NCBI GenBank assembly: GCA_965240325.2
Contig: OZ251230.1
Location: 1,488,001 to 1,552,000, forward strand
Source of the DNA: Rebecca billardiae RCC1528
Lineage: Eukaryota > Protista > Haptophyta
Reading direction: 5' to 3'
DNA: 64,000 bases
Of this stretch, positions 12,619-25,105 are shown piece after piece. Under the pieces are notes generated by a model, which made no database searches, had not been told where the DNA came from, and saw only the letters and a program-made list of their open reading frames with translations. A program made the position numbers and the translations under genes. How positions within the stretch are numbered: the first letter of the stretch is position 1; each line of letters starts with the position of its first letter.

Positions 12619-13755
12619 TCACACGCTGCTGGCCAGGGCGCCGTGCGAGGAGATGCCGCTCAGCTTGAGTGCCAGCTCGTACCCGACAAGGGAGATCACA
12701 GACCTCGGCGCGTTCGCGAGCACGCGTGGCACGATGCCGCGGAGAAGGCCCGTCGTGGCGCTCCCGTGCTCGCGCACGACGTCGGCAAGGTGCGCTCCGA
12801 TCGAGCGCGGCTCCACTGAGCACTGCAGCCGCGACTTCAACGTGTCCAGCGGCGTGGTGATGCTCGCGGCTGCCGCGCCCGCGAGCGAGCCTGCGACAGC
12901 CTGCACAGCGACGCTGTCGCTGGGGTCTCGGCCAGCGAGGGCGCCCACCGCCTCTTTCGCGCGCTCGTAGGTGAGCCACCAGATCGCGGACGATGGCGAG
13001 GTCACGGCGATCGTGGCGCCCAGCCCTCGCCACAGGCCGAGGAACCCCTCCGTGCGGCAGATGTCGCGTGCCACCTGCATCCCGGTCGGCTGGACTGCCC
13101 TCCTGACGGCCTGCGGCGGGTCCGCGGCCGAGCTGGGAGGGCTGGAGGCGGGCGGGGCTCCGGTGACGATGCCGTGCACCTGCAGCCGCTGCGAAATCAG
13201 GTCGGCTGGGACCCACAGCAGCAGCGAGAGCATGTCTGCAAGCGCGCCTGCAAACAGGTACACTGAGTCGCGGTGCTCGCGCCCCGCCGGAGTCGAGAGC
13301 ATCGCTTCTTTGAGCACCGTGTAGCCCACGTACGTGCTCACCTCGCTGGGGAGGCCCCCGATAACCGACCAGCCGAACCCACGGTACAGCCCCAGCACGC
13401 CTTCCGACCTCACCACCGTGCGCATGTAGCTGAACGTCGAGCCCGGCACCGCGTTCGAGACTTGCTGCCGGCATTTCACCAGATCAAATGGATGGGTGAT
13501 CGAGCCTTCGACGAGCGAGGCGATGGAGATCCAGCCGACGAAGCGCACATATCGTCCCCCTCCGCCGCGCGTCACGTCACCAAATGGGTCCTCCTCCGAG
13601 CCATCGTCATGGCACGCGGCCCCGGTTGCTCTGCGCACGAGCGGCCGTGCGGCCATGGATCGTGGTCCACATCCAGCGTCCACGATGCCAGAAGAATTAT
13701 TCCGCCAATAAAGAACGCTCGTCCAAGGGCCGTCATCATCATCATCGAAACTCAT
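12619..13755 (-). CDS. Mitochondrial carrier family protein (SLC25A44-like), apparently intronless; start uncertain (13755 or about 13655)
   Basis: Three PxDxxKxRxQ-type motifs: PFDLVKCRQQ, PADLISQRLQ, PLDTLKSRLQ; GLYRGF and GLWRGL motifs. Confidence 0.93.
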   Translation of the reverse strand: MSFDDDDDGPWTSVLYWRNNSSGIVDAGCGPRSMAARPLVRRATGAACHDDGSEEDPFGDVTRGGGGRYVRFVGWISIASLVEGSITHPFDLVKCRQQVSNAVPGSTFSYMRTVVRSEGVLGLYRGFGWSVIGGLPSEVSTYVGYTVLKEAMLSTPAGREHRDSVYLFAGALADMLSLLLWVPADLISQRLQVHGIVTGAPPASSPPSSAADPPQAVRRAVQPTGMQVARDICRTEGFLGLWRGLGATIAVTSPSSAIWWLTYERAKEAVGALAGRDPSDSVAVQAVAGSLAGAAAASITTPLDTLKSRLQCSVEPRSIGAHLADVVREHGSATTGLLRGIVPRVLANAPRSVISLVGYELALKLSGISSHGALASSV

Positions 13756-14201
13756 CGCGAACACTATACTTTACGTACAATCAAGCCCTTGGTACAATCA
13801 TCATGATACTCGTTCAGTGGTTTGAGGTTGGGTGAGGGTGGTGGTTGGTTGGGGGCTGGCCAGGGTAGGGCTGGAGGCTTCGGCCGCCAGTCTGATCACC
13901 CGGAGCCCGTTATTATTTAAAGGGGGATTTATTATTTAAAGGGGAATTTATTATTACAATAAAGCCTACCAGTAGTACCAGTAGTGAGCAGTACAAGTAC
14001 GGATCGACACTACTAACTAGCTTACTCCGAGAGGCGCGGGAGCGGCTCGGCTGCAATGTGAATGTGCCGGCAGTCACCAGTAGCAGTGGCTGTGGGAGCG
14101 TCGCGTCGTACATTGCTATAAAGTGTCGACCGATGAGAGTGAGAGACGGTCCAAGTTCTGTCAGTGAGTGTGTGGCCGCGGTCACAGCCCTCGAATGTAG
14201 A

Positions 14202-15917
14202 TAGGGGGGCCAAACCGCCCATTTAAAAATGAAAAGCAAAGTCGCGTCGCATTTTCGCTCCGCCCTCGGCCTTTTAGGGTGGCGCGGAGCCTTTTTCTCG
14301 GACCTCGCTCGAAAATCGAGCTCCGACGCCTTCGGGCGCTCAGAGCTCGGTTCCGCTCCAGACGAGCGGCCGGAGGCAGTGGACCGCCGCGCGCTCGCGA
14401 CCTCTGAGACGCCGAGATGGTCTCGGGTGCGCGCGCGCGTGACGCTGGTGGGCGCTACTGACCCGTGCCTTTGCGCCACCAGCGGCTCACCACCCGCTTC
14501 TTGGCCACCTCGCGCCGTGCGCGGCGCGCGTCGGCCGGCTTGAATTGGTGCGCTGCGTACGCCCGCTACGCTACCGCACGGTGTGGCGCATGATCAACTC
14601 GGACCAATGAGATCGATGCTCGGACCAATCGTCCATGTATGTCTGTGAATGCCCAGCTCGCCTAACCTGCCCTACTGCGCCGGAATCGCCGTCAGCAGAC
14701 CGGCGCGAGCTCGCGCACAGCACCTCCGCGGAGCTCGCAACTGTCATGTTCCGCTTGTAGGGCCCGTGTTTGCACCTGCCGTGGCACTTGCGATGGTCAG
14801 TACGTTGGGTATGGGTCACATGTGCCCTCTGATGGCGTCTGGGCGCCTCCCATTCGCCTCTCAGGACGTCGCGGACGTGCTCGCAGGCAGCGGTTGGCTC
14901 ATTCGACAGGTCCGACGTGCACTCGACCGTGCCTGCAAGCGCGCCCCTGTGACGCTCATGCCTGCAGAAGCAGATGCAGATGGGCCCTCATGCACCCTGG
15001 TGCGCCCAAGACCGGCGGGAGCGTCAGAGACCGTCTCAATCTTGACACCTTGCACACGCCGGCGCTTGACGTTGGGCTCCGCGCAGCCAGCCAGGAGCGC
15101 CGAACAGCGCCGGATCAGCCTCTGTAGGCCGAATATCCGCCCCTAAGCCCGGAACTAGCGCGGAACAGGGTAGTGCGTACCTATGTGGACCAATCCCATC
15201 CAGCCTGGTTTGGTGCAGACACGCCAGCCACCGCCTGGAGCAGACGTTTGCTGCCGAATCGCATGCTCGGCACTGTGCCGCACTGCGACGACGACAGATT
15301 TGACCTGCCTCGTAGGTCTCGGCCAGGGAGCGGTGACGGTTGGCTCGAGTGACTTTAAACCTTGACTATGACCGAGAGCACTCCCGGGCTGAGGACGTGG
15401 GGCCGGTGCTTTGGGTCTAATATGTCTGCAATACGCCGTACGCGTGGCCGTATACACAGTCTGAAAACGTATCTCGCAGCTCGAGATCAGATGAGGCTGT
15501 ATTCATCAGCATGGCGCCTATATACACAGTGGGTATGTAACGATCGGTGGCTTCTAGGAAACTACATATTTGACAGCCTGCCAGTACACAGCCTATATCG
15601 CATGTTGGGACCTGCTGCTGCTGGGGACTCAGAACGATCTCGCTGAGATGCTCTAACAAAGTGAGGTCGACATGGTCTATATGTCACATATAGGACGACC
15701 GTTATATGCCGTTTCCAATAAGTTCAGGCTCATTCTAATAAGTAAATATGCTAGCCGTTACGCCCTATATTCAGGGTATGTGCACCTGATTTTTTTACAT
15801 GGCCGGCCCAGACCCCTCCAGAGGGCAAATGATCCAGCCCGAAATCAGCTCTAAACACTCGCTAGGACCCGCGCTCGTGGCCGTCAGTAACGCTACAGTG
15901 CCACTTTGGCCCCCCTA
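14202..15917. mobile_element. Non-autonomous DNA transposon with 13-bp perfect TIRs and 7-bp target-site duplication
   Basis: TAGGGGGGCCAAA (14202-14214) and TTTGGCCCCCCTA (15905-15917); ATGTAGA on both flanks (14195-14201, 15918-15924). Confidence 0.85.
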
Positions 15918-16316
15918 ATGTAGACGCAGTGCTGAGCCTCAGAGTGCACTGTTGTCTGTTGCTCCCAGGTATTTTAAAAATCGATAACCGACGCTGCTGC
16001 CACTGACACTGACCAGCGTGAGTGAGCGTCGCGTGATGCGTATTGCGTTTCGGCAACCGCCTCGCGTTGAAGTCCCACACATGCCACAATGTCGTCAGGC
16101 ATGGTGCCGAGACCCGCGCAAAACATATATACTGCGCTTATCCAGCCTCCGAAGGTCGGGAGGAGCCGGCCGTGCACCGTGCCACGCGCCTCTTCCTCAA
16201 GTCTTGGACTTGGTCCGATCGGCTCGGGCCGGCGACGGTCGGTGCGTGACGCGACTGTCCCGCTTGCCAGGCACCCGTGGTGCTGGTCTCTCCGCGGCGG
16301 CCAGCGCATCTTGTCA

Positions 16317-17450
16317 TCAGATGAAGGGGTACAGCATGTACTGCAGATAGAACAGATCCCAGATGCCACGGTAGAAGCGCTTGATGCTCGCCATCGACTT
16401 GTCATCCAGCGCCGCGTACGTGCGCGACAGCTTGGCGGCCAGCAGCGAGTGGCCGACAGCCATCGGCACGCGGCGGAACATGCCCGCTGGCGTGCCGAGC
16501 GCGAGCGCGACCGCGCACGCGTACGCCGCACCGAGGGCCGTACACGCGCCCTTCGCGACGGCTCGGACGCCGTAGCGCGTGGCGAATGTGCTCACCTTGT
16601 ACGCGGCGTCGCCCACCACGTCCGGCAGGTCCTTTGTCACCGCGATCACCGCGGCGAACACCGTCATGAACGGCGCGATGAAGCACACCACCGGGCTCCA
16701 CGCGAACGGCACGCCGATGGCCTCGCGCACGGCGTAGTACACGCCGAAGTTGAGGAGGAAGCCGCGGACGGTGGAGATGATGAGCCCCGCGGCGATCGGG
16801 AAGCGCTTCAGCTGCACCGGCGGCACCGAGTACAGACCGCCCACCGCCAGGCCGAGCGCATACAGGCCGAAGATGAGGGGCGAGAAAGTGCGGTGCACGA
16901 GGGTGAGGCCGCCCGCGAGGCAGCCGAGCACGATCACCCACGCGGTGCTCGGCGAGATCTCGCCCGCGGCGATGGGAAGGAACGGCTTGTTGATTTTGTC
17001 CACGTCCACGTCGTAGATCTGGTTGATGCCCACGATGTACGCATTGCCCAGCAGTAGCGAGAGCAAGCCGACCAGCGCCTGCGGCACGAGCCGCAGCGAG
17101 ATGGCTGACGGGTGCTCGAAGAGCGCGCGAGTGACGCCGGCAAACGACGCCAGGATGGTGCCACGAATCGTGTGCGGTCGCGTGAACTTGTACCACGGGC
17201 CTAACCAGCGCGAGCTCTCGGTTGCCTCGACGGCACTCTGCAGCGTGTCGTCGTCATTTGGCACGTCGCCAAGCGGCGCGCCATTGCCTGGTGCGGCGGC
17301 GTCGGCGGCGACGAGCCGGGCGCGGCGTGTGTGCGAGTGCACTCCCGTGTGCAGCAGCGGGCGCCGCGACAGCCCCACTGCCGTGAGCGCGGACGCGCTC
17401 GTCGCGAGCTGCAGCGCGAGGCAGCACACGGCCACTCGACGCGCCATCAT
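16317..17450 (-). CDS. HST: Homogentisate solanesyltransferase (UbiA family, plastoquinone synthesis) with signal plus transit peptide
   Basis: FTRPHTIRGT, NQIYDVDVDKINKPFLPIA and KDLPDVVGD motifs; hydrophobic leader MMARRVAVCCLALQLATSASA. Confidence 0.92.
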   Translation of the reverse strand: MMARRVAVCCLALQLATSASALTAVGLSRRPLLHTGVHSHTRRARLVAADAAAPGNGAPLGDVPNDDDTLQSAVEATESSRWLGPWYKFTRPHTIRGTILASFAGVTRALFEHPSAISLRLVPQALVGLLSLLLGNAYIVGINQIYDVDVDKINKPFLPIAAGEISPSTAWVIVLGCLAGGLTLVHRTFSPLIFGLYALGLAVGGLYSVPPVQLKRFPIAAGLIISTVRGFLLNFGVYYAVREAIGVPFAWSPVVCFIAPFMTVFAAVIAVTKDLPDVVGDAAYKVSTFATRYGVRAVAKGACTALGAAYACAVALALGTPAGMFRRVPMAVGHSLLAAKLSRTYAALDDKSMASIKRFYRGIWDLFYLQYMLYPFI

Positions 17451-20330
17451 CAGCAGCGCTTGCCGAGCACTCCCGAACGTCCGGCGTTTGCACCCCACCG
17501 GACGCACGAATGGCGCAACCGGACCCGCTCACGATTCACGAACGCGACGAACCTCATGATCAGCACCAAAAGGGAACCAAGAATATGAATGAGCGCCCTA
17601 TTTCTGATTACTTTTCGGCCCAAACCACAGCCTTCACATCTCTTCGCTCAAAGTTGCGATGATGACGCATCGTTTGGAGAACATTACTTGGCTGCTCCCA
17701 GCTGTTCGTCGCTTGCGAGCACCGAACCGAGCCGGAAAGCCAAGGGCGGTTGCAAAAGCGTACCCCGTACACGTCCGAACCGGTTACCGGTTGGAAGGCG
17801 AGACGTGCAGCGCAAAGGGCACTGGTGCGATGTGTTGCATCGGCGGGGAGGGGGCGGGGGGGGAGGGCACGCGCCATCCCGGGCCGAGGCTTGCCTGCGA
17901 TCGCCACCTCTCCGCGCTCGCGCTGGCGCAACATCCGGTTCGCTCTCCCACCCACGCACATGGTGTCGAGAGCAGTCGGTCGTTGTGCGCGCGCATCCGT
18001 CCGTTGAAGCCGACCGGGGCCGAGGCGGGACCACTTGCTGCTGATCCGCTGGCGCATTCGCGCAAGGCGGGCCGCGGGTGGTACTCCGTTTGCAGAGTAT
18101 GCCGGTAGGTATGTGCGTGCGCCAGGCACGCACCGTCATCCCTTGGGAGGCACTCGTCTCGCGGCGCGCGGCCGCCAGCCGCCGTGTCGCTGGCCACGCC
18201 TTGCGACCGCCGAGCCGTGCAGGCTGCAGCAGTGCAGCACGTGCAAAAAAGGCTAGGCAGGGCCACTCCCGCGAGTCTGAGAGGCCACCAGGGCTCTCAA
18301 AGTTGCCACAGACGGGCTCAGCTTCGCCCCCGCTGTGTTGCGGCAACCGAGTCTGTACCCAGCCACCCTCGCCGCTGACGAGTGATGCGAGCAAGAGGGT
18401 GTGACGACGACCGTGCGAGCCCGAGCGCAGCGGTCCGGCGCAGCTGTCCGGGTCCAGTCTGCTCGGCACCAACGAGGGCGATGGAGGCAAGCACGCTCGG
18501 CGTCGCGACGTCTCGCCTGCCAACGCCCCACTTCGACGCCATTGGCCAGCTCGCTTGTGAGATCTGCCTGCTGCTGCTCCTCGTCAGGCAGCCGAGGCGC
18601 GCCCTCGGCAAGCTGAGGCGCGCGGACGGACGGAGCGGCGAGGGCCGCTCCGAGCAGCGCTACGAGCCACGGATGTCCTTCTCGCGACGCGCGGGCAGTA
18701 CGCCGACGCAGATGTGGAGCTGATGGTGCACTCAGCGCAGCGGCTCGGGGGCGCTTACGAGCCGCCTACTGCCAGCTGTGGGCAAGAGCGGTGCGCACCC
18801 GTAACCACCCGCGGCCGAGTGCGTGCGCGCTGCTGCGTACTACTGCTATTGTAGTGGCGTGAACAGCGGCGATTCTTCTGAGGCGTGTGGTGTCTTGATC
18901 CGCTCCAACAGCGCATCTGCCAGCATTGCGTGCGATGCGCGGGTGCAGTTAGCCTGGCCGCGTCCGACGCAGCAGCTGTGCACCAGCAGGCGGCCCGTGC
19001 CGCACGCAGCTGGCAGCTTGTCGAGGCTGCTGCCAGTACGCACCGACGGCCGCCGTGCCCGCGTGCTGCGACAGGCGGGTGGCACCGGCCAGACTGCTTG
19101 TGCATCGGCCGTAGCAGCAAGCCAGGCTGTGTCTCGCAGCATCGCGTAGATGCTCTCGTGTCCTCCCCGGGAAGCTGGCCAGGCGCCGGGCGGCTCTCGT
19201 TGGCTGCCCACAGCGCGGGTGCAGGCAGTGCGGAATGGACAACTGGCCGCGGCGGCTCCGCGCGCGGTCGCCGTTGGGTGCCCTGCTCGCTGCGGACCAC
19301 GCGCCCAGGCTCGCGGTGCCCCACACGGCTTGGTTAGCTGGGCATCAAGCATGCTGTGCTGCCGCCTGCTCACAGCTGTAGGCACGCCGCTGTGATGTGC
19401 TCTCTGCCCATCTGACTTGAAATGTAAACTGAGGGCTCGGTCACAGGTAAGTCAGGCGCGTGGCGCGCGAGCAGTTGCGGAGCAGGGTTTGGGGGCGGCC
19501 GCCCGTCGCAGGGGGCTACAAAGTGGCCCTTGCCCACCCACGAGTGAGTCCGCACACACCCCCGGCATGGCGGCCAGAGACCTGCCAGCTGACAGCAGCG
19601 CACCGCGCTGGGTGCCGCACGGCCGGCTGGCGGACCGGCGCGTCAGACGATCAAGCCCGGGGGCGATGGGAAAATGGAGCACGGCCGTCAAGGGCAACCT
19701 CAGCCACGTAGGCCGCCCGGCTCTACACTCTGTGCAGCGGAGGGGGTCCGGGCAGGCTACAGCTCGTGTGGGGCGGCCAACAGCCACCAGTGTGGGGGTG
19801 AACTCCGCCGAGGACGCCCATCCCGTCCGGCGTGGGAGCCGGCGGGAGCGACCGAGCTCTCAAGAGCGGGAGGTGAGCGGCCGGGTGGGTTTCCAGGGTT
19901 CATCACGAGCAGTTAATTACGCTCCGCAGACGGTCCGACCGACAATCTACCGGGTTCTTCTCATCTCCGACCTCCGTCGAAGCGCCGCCGGCACAGTAGA
20001 TAACGCTCATCGATGGTTGGCAGGGGCGTTCTGGAGTGCCTCCGGCAGTCTTTCCAGATCTACGATTCTACTCATTCTATGATTTACACTGAATGGAGTA
20101 ACGGAGGATGTCGGAGCGCGTTGGCAGCGGGTGAGGGAGTCGCCGTCGCCGATGATGATCACACGGAGGTAGTAGGCGCCCAGGGATGCCGCTGTATTTG
20201 CAGTCGTCGCCGGCCTTGGTCATCATGTAGTTGCCCGCGTCGTCGTCCGAGGCTGTTCAAGTTGATGCCGTAGTGCAGGTAGTGGATGTGGTCGCCTTGG
20301 CCGGTGTGCGCGGCCTTGGTCTTGCCGAGT

Positions 20331-20431
20331 TGAGGGAGTAGTCGCCCTTGCCGTTGAGGAAGTAGTCGCCCTTGCCGTTGAGGAGGTCGTCGCCCTTGCC
20401 GTTGAGGAAGTCGTCGCCCTGGCCGCTGAGG
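20331..20431. repeat. 24-bp tandem repeat, about 4 copies
   Basis: tgagg(a/g)(a/g)gt(a/c)gtcgccct(t/g)gccg units. Confidence 0.9.
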
Positions 20432-23071
20432 ATCAGGATGCCTGCGCTGCCCGACTGGGCGCACCTGGCGCGCCGGCGCCGCGCGCGGCTCTATGCCAGC
20501 GACGACGGCGCGGCAGCAGCCGGAGCACGGGGGGCTGCGCCGGGGGGCGCGGTGCGAGCCTACTTGGGCGGTTTGGCGTCGCCCCGTAATGCGGAATCTG
20601 CGCTGCTAATAAAAAGAAAGCCTTCTTCCCGCACACGCCGGCACGCCGCGCCGTCGCCCACCGCTCGGCCGCTGTGATGTCAACCGACGAGGCGCCGGCC
20701 GATGCGGCCGTCGACTCTCGCGACCCGGAGGCCCGAGTGCGTAACGCTGGACTAGCCGCGCTTCGCGCCTGTGTGGCGCCGCCGCGCCGGAATGACGCGC
20801 CAGGGCCAGTGGGGCGCGCTACTGTATCGCGAGGACGCCAGCTCGGTGACGACGTGCTGGCCGCATACTCTGCGGCGATGTCCCGCTCGGCGCAAGCGCC
20901 GAAGCGCTCGGCGCAAGCGCCGTGAAAGTCGATCGTAACGCTCGCTAGCTTCGGCGCGCGGGGCGAAGCCATGTTCATGGGCGCCTGGCGTGCAAGCGGC
21001 ATGGCATCGGCGCTCGGCCGCAGCCACCGGCCCGCGCCGCACACGCGTCCTTGTGGCGCGCGAGAAGGCATGCCAGCTGAGGTCAATGGACTTGTGCGCC
21101 GGGAGCTGTGCGTTAGCCCGCCAAAGCGCACTCGCCGCGAGCAGCACGACGCGCGCAAACGTCGTCCGCCTCACGGGCGGAGCGTGCACCGCGTGCACAC
21201 AGCGGGAGTGGGCGCCGTCCGAGGTTGGACGGCCTCGAGAGCTTCAACCTCGGAAATTCTACCCCCAATACTGGCGGATTTTACCAACGGCCCTAGCTTG
21301 CCTTTCGCGGAACGGGGCGCCGCGAATCGATGACTACTGCGTACACGCGAGGTACTTTTCGTGGATTCTCACGAAGTATCGCGTCACTCTCCTCGCTCGA
21401 ACGGCGACGCCCCTTGATGAGGACAGCTCGAGCGACATGACCCGCCCCAGCCCGACCCGCCAGAATCGCGGCCACAATCGACCACCGTGCGGCACGATGT
21501 CTCGTGCACGGCTATCGGCGCGTGAGTCATTCTGCATACGTCGCCTGCGAGAGGCACCGGGCGCCCGTGGCGCGCATGGTTGCACGGATGGATGGTTGGA
21601 CGGGAGGGCGATGTGCACGAGCGCATTCGGATGAGTACCGCTAGCCGTTGTTTGCTCCGACTAGCGACGAGCGTTGGCGCAGCGCGCATGCTCACGCGTG
21701 TGGAGAGAGCGGCTGCATAACCCAGCACGTAGCCTCGATCGCACGCCCATCTGCGTGATGCTGTGGTCGAGGCTCTGGCTGCGAGCCAGACGATGGGAAG
21801 GAGTGCAGAAGGGCCCTGCAGGCCCGCGCGGAGATCTGCCGAGATCTGCTGATGAGACGTATCACGACGAGCTGCCGAGCCTGAGTCTTGGTGCAGCAAT
21901 GCTTTGGCTCGGCCTACTTGATGATGCCCACCCAGCGCAGCCTGACGCACGCACTGCTGTCCAACGGCGGTGCGGCCAACGCAGCAGCACAGGTCATCCG
22001 CGGGCGCACAGCCCGACTGCCCGGCGCGGCGGGGAGCTCGTGGGCAACGGCGCGCAGCCATGATATCGGCACCAAGATGCGCTATCTAGCATGCAGCTAG
22101 TACACACCGTCAACCCTCGAAGACCAAGCCGCCCTTGGTTGCTACAAGAATCCGAGCACATGATCGATGTGAGGAAGCAGTGGCGCCGTGAGCCGGCTGC
22201 AGTCATGTGCCTGGGCGATTCCGCGGCAAGGCGGCTGAGCGACAGACGCACGAGCTCGAGCCCGGTTGCGGGCAACTCAACGAGCCGCGCAGGTGCGCGC
22301 AAGCCTAGCCGTTCTTTGGCAGCGCCTGCTCAACACTCGGCTCACGACCTGCCTGTCCGCCCTGTGGAGCCGCAGTCGGGCTTGGCGTGCGCATCATGCT
22401 ACTCGACGATCGTAGTAGGCTGGCTGATGATGAGGCGAGTGACGACAAGCTGTATAGCCGCTGCGTGCGCGATTGTGCGCCCAGTTGTATGTTGATAGGC
22501 CATGCGCTGCTTGCGAATGACTTGGCCAACTGTTCTGGCCAGTAGAGGGCGAAAATACAATCGGCGGCTCTTGATGTCCAAGGTGCGCGCGCGCTCGCTC
22601 AGGCGGCATGCTACTGTGCTGTAGGCGTAGCGCGCGTGACCAGTGCGCTCAGCTGGTCGGCTGAGTTGTCACACGGTATGGCGAGTTCGTCCCATATACC
22701 AGCACAGTACTTTGCCGCTGATGCGACGAACGACACATCGTCACGTCGTAGACTTTATTTATTTCATGATGCTGCATCGTCATCAGCTGCTGTCTGCTTT
22801 CTAAGTAGGTGATGACGTCATGACGACTTAGACTACACACGCGCGCGCGACTCATCATCAGTCTGAATATCACCCGACCGTAGTTGCTGTTACTACGATG
22901 GTCTACGTGCGGGGTCGACAGGCTTCATCTGCTGGCCGCATTCATGCCATCGTCACGCATCAGATCATTGACCTGAACTGACCGGCCCGTCCAAGTCAAT
23001 GCTGTTGTCAACGTCTTGCGGCGGCAGCGCCCGGTTCGCCGAGCTGCCGAGCCGTCGTCCGCCTCCTACCG

Positions 23072-24235
23072 CTAGCCTCCTGGCCCTGGCGCCGCGCTTG
23101 CTGCCGGCAAGGGCATGCGAGGCAACGGCGCTTGTGGCGCGGTATCCATCGGCTTGCATGCTGCCAGCCGCAGCGACAGCGGTCGGCCGGCCTCCGAGGC
23201 CATGGGCACAACCAGTGGCTGCTGCGACGGCAGCGAGGTCCACACTAACCCCTGCGGCGGCATCGGCGCCATCTGCTGCGCCGGGAGGATGGTCGGCGTC
23301 AGCCGCACGGGTATGGGAACAACGTAGTGGGTGTCGGGTGGTGGAGGCATTGGGTTTGCAGCTGGTGGCTGGAAGAACACGGCGTCCATTGGCGGCGGCC
23401 TCATCTCGCCCGCCGTTGGTTGGCTGATGCCCCACGGCTGGTGCTGCGCGTGCATCGGGAAGAGAACGGGCGCTGGCTGCGCGCCCACCAGCTCAACCCC
23501 GATCCCTGGCATGGGCGGGGGCATCTGCGGGGCCATCGGGGCCACGACAAGGTTTCTAGGTGCCCGCTCTGCCATGGGCGGGAACGGCACCGTCGGCGGG
23601 GCGTAGGCGAACACGACGTGGCTGCCTGGATCGGAGAAGTTCAATGGCAGCCCATGCGCGTTCGCAAAGGCGTCGTACGAGCGCGCCGCGTCCACCTCGG
23701 TGGCGTGCGGGCCAAACACCTGGTTCACCGCATCCAAAAACGAGCCAGCCCACCAGACACTTGCCTGCGAGCCTGGCTCCATCGTGAAGAACACCCCCAT
23801 GTACTGCGAGTACTTGACTGCGGTCGCCTCGCGCTCGGCCGCGCGCGCGCGCACGCTGAGCATCAGCTGGCAGTGCGTGCACTGGATGCGCCGCCGCCCC
23901 AGGCTGATGAAGGCTGTGCGCGTCATATCATCGAAGCGGATCAGCCGGCGCGATAAGCACTGCGGGCACTGCACCGCGCGCAGATCCCTGCGCATGTCTG
24001 CAGCCGGCTCGGCCAGCACCCGCTTCGGCGTCGCTTTGCTTCTTGCCGCCGTCGGCCGCGCACATGGCGCGCTGGCTGAGTCCGACTGCACTCGTCGCCG
24101 CGAGGGGCGCGTGTAGGAGCTCGATCCCCTGCCGTCCTCCGCGGATGACGGCTGCCCCGTCGACACCGAGTTTGCGGGCGACGCTGCGTGCGGCGGCTCC
24201 GTGAGCTCGTCAGCTCGAGACGTGGACGCCCTCAT
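23072..24235 (-). CDS. Putative transcription factor: CxxC...CxxC zinc ribbon, AP2-like domain, Pro/Gln/Met-rich tail
   Basis: CPQC...CTHC; SQYMGV...W.A...FGPHATEVDAARSYD...PLNF resembles the AP2 consensus. Confidence 0.7.
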   Translation of the reverse strand: MRASTSRADELTEPPHAASPANSVSTGQPSSAEDGRGSSSYTRPSRRRVQSDSASAPCARPTAARSKATPKRVLAEPAADMRRDLRAVQCPQCLSRRLIRFDDMTRTAFISLGRRRIQCTHCQLMLSVRARAAEREATAVKYSQYMGVFFTMEPGSQASVWWAGSFLDAVNQVFGPHATEVDAARSYDAFANAHGLPLNFSDPGSHVVFAYAPPTVPFPPMAERAPRNLVVAPMAPQMPPPMPGIGVELVGAQPAPVLFPMHAQHQPWGISQPTAGEMRPPPMDAVFFQPPAANPMPPPPDTHYVVPIPVRLTPTILPAQQMAPMPPQGLVWTSLPSQQPLVVPMASEAGRPLSLRLAACKPMDTAPQAPLPRMPLPAASAAPGPGG

Positions 24236-25105
24236 CGCAAGGGCGAACTCGCCCGTGTGAACTGCGGCAGGCCGGCGGCAACCGATGACCGACCGTCGAA
24301 CATGGCCAAAGGTTCTCTGCACCAAACGGCGCATCGAACAGTGGCAAATCACGAAATGTTCTCCGTGAACGCATCTTTTGCTGCCGTCGAGACGATGACC
24401 AATCATCACGCGGCCTGCCCAAAAGCACATAGAAAACGGTATGGCTCTGGCCTGATGAGCAACCAATTAAGTCTCGGATTAAAAAGCCGCGCGGTTGCCG
24501 GTGTTCTGACCAGGCTTTGAGAGCTCGCTCGCCTGCGGGGGCCGCCGACACGAGTGCGGCTCCTTGAGAACCAGTTTACTCGCGGAGGTATTCGGGAGAC
24601 GTCAGATACCCACTTTCACACTGCTTCTGAACGTCCGTGAAGCTCCCAGACGACGCACGACGACGGATTATATATATGGCTTCAATAATCAAACGTTCAC
24701 GACCGTTGGGCGTTGGGGAACTATGAAAGTATCTAATTCGACCATGATGCTCAATACACTATAAGTACCGCTTGCACAAGGTGTTGACAATTACCGTACT
24801 TTACGACCCAGATCGCCGAGTCGCGGATTTCCAGCCATTATTCATGACGAGACTTCATATGCTCATTCTATGATTTAACGACACAGGTAGGACGGCGCAG
24901 GTCTCCTGATTATTCGTCGTCGGCAGTGCCCGATCGTCGACACGAAGTCGGCGTTGGTGGCAGAGCATAGCCTGAACCGCGATCGAATGGCTTGAGCGCG
25001 GCCTTGAGCTGCTGGAGCGCGATCCACCTGCGCTGCGCGGCTCGCATGGACCTGCTGTGCCCCGAGCGAGGGCGAGGGTGCAGGTCCGGATGTCAGACGG
25101 CCGTC

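Noticed and set aside
13909-13956. Short AT-rich duplication ttattatttaaagggg
   Set aside because: Likely local slippage; no partner terminus identified
17560-19900. Overlapping 100-280-aa ORFs
   Set aside because: No recognisable motifs or consistent codon bias; cannot support a gene call
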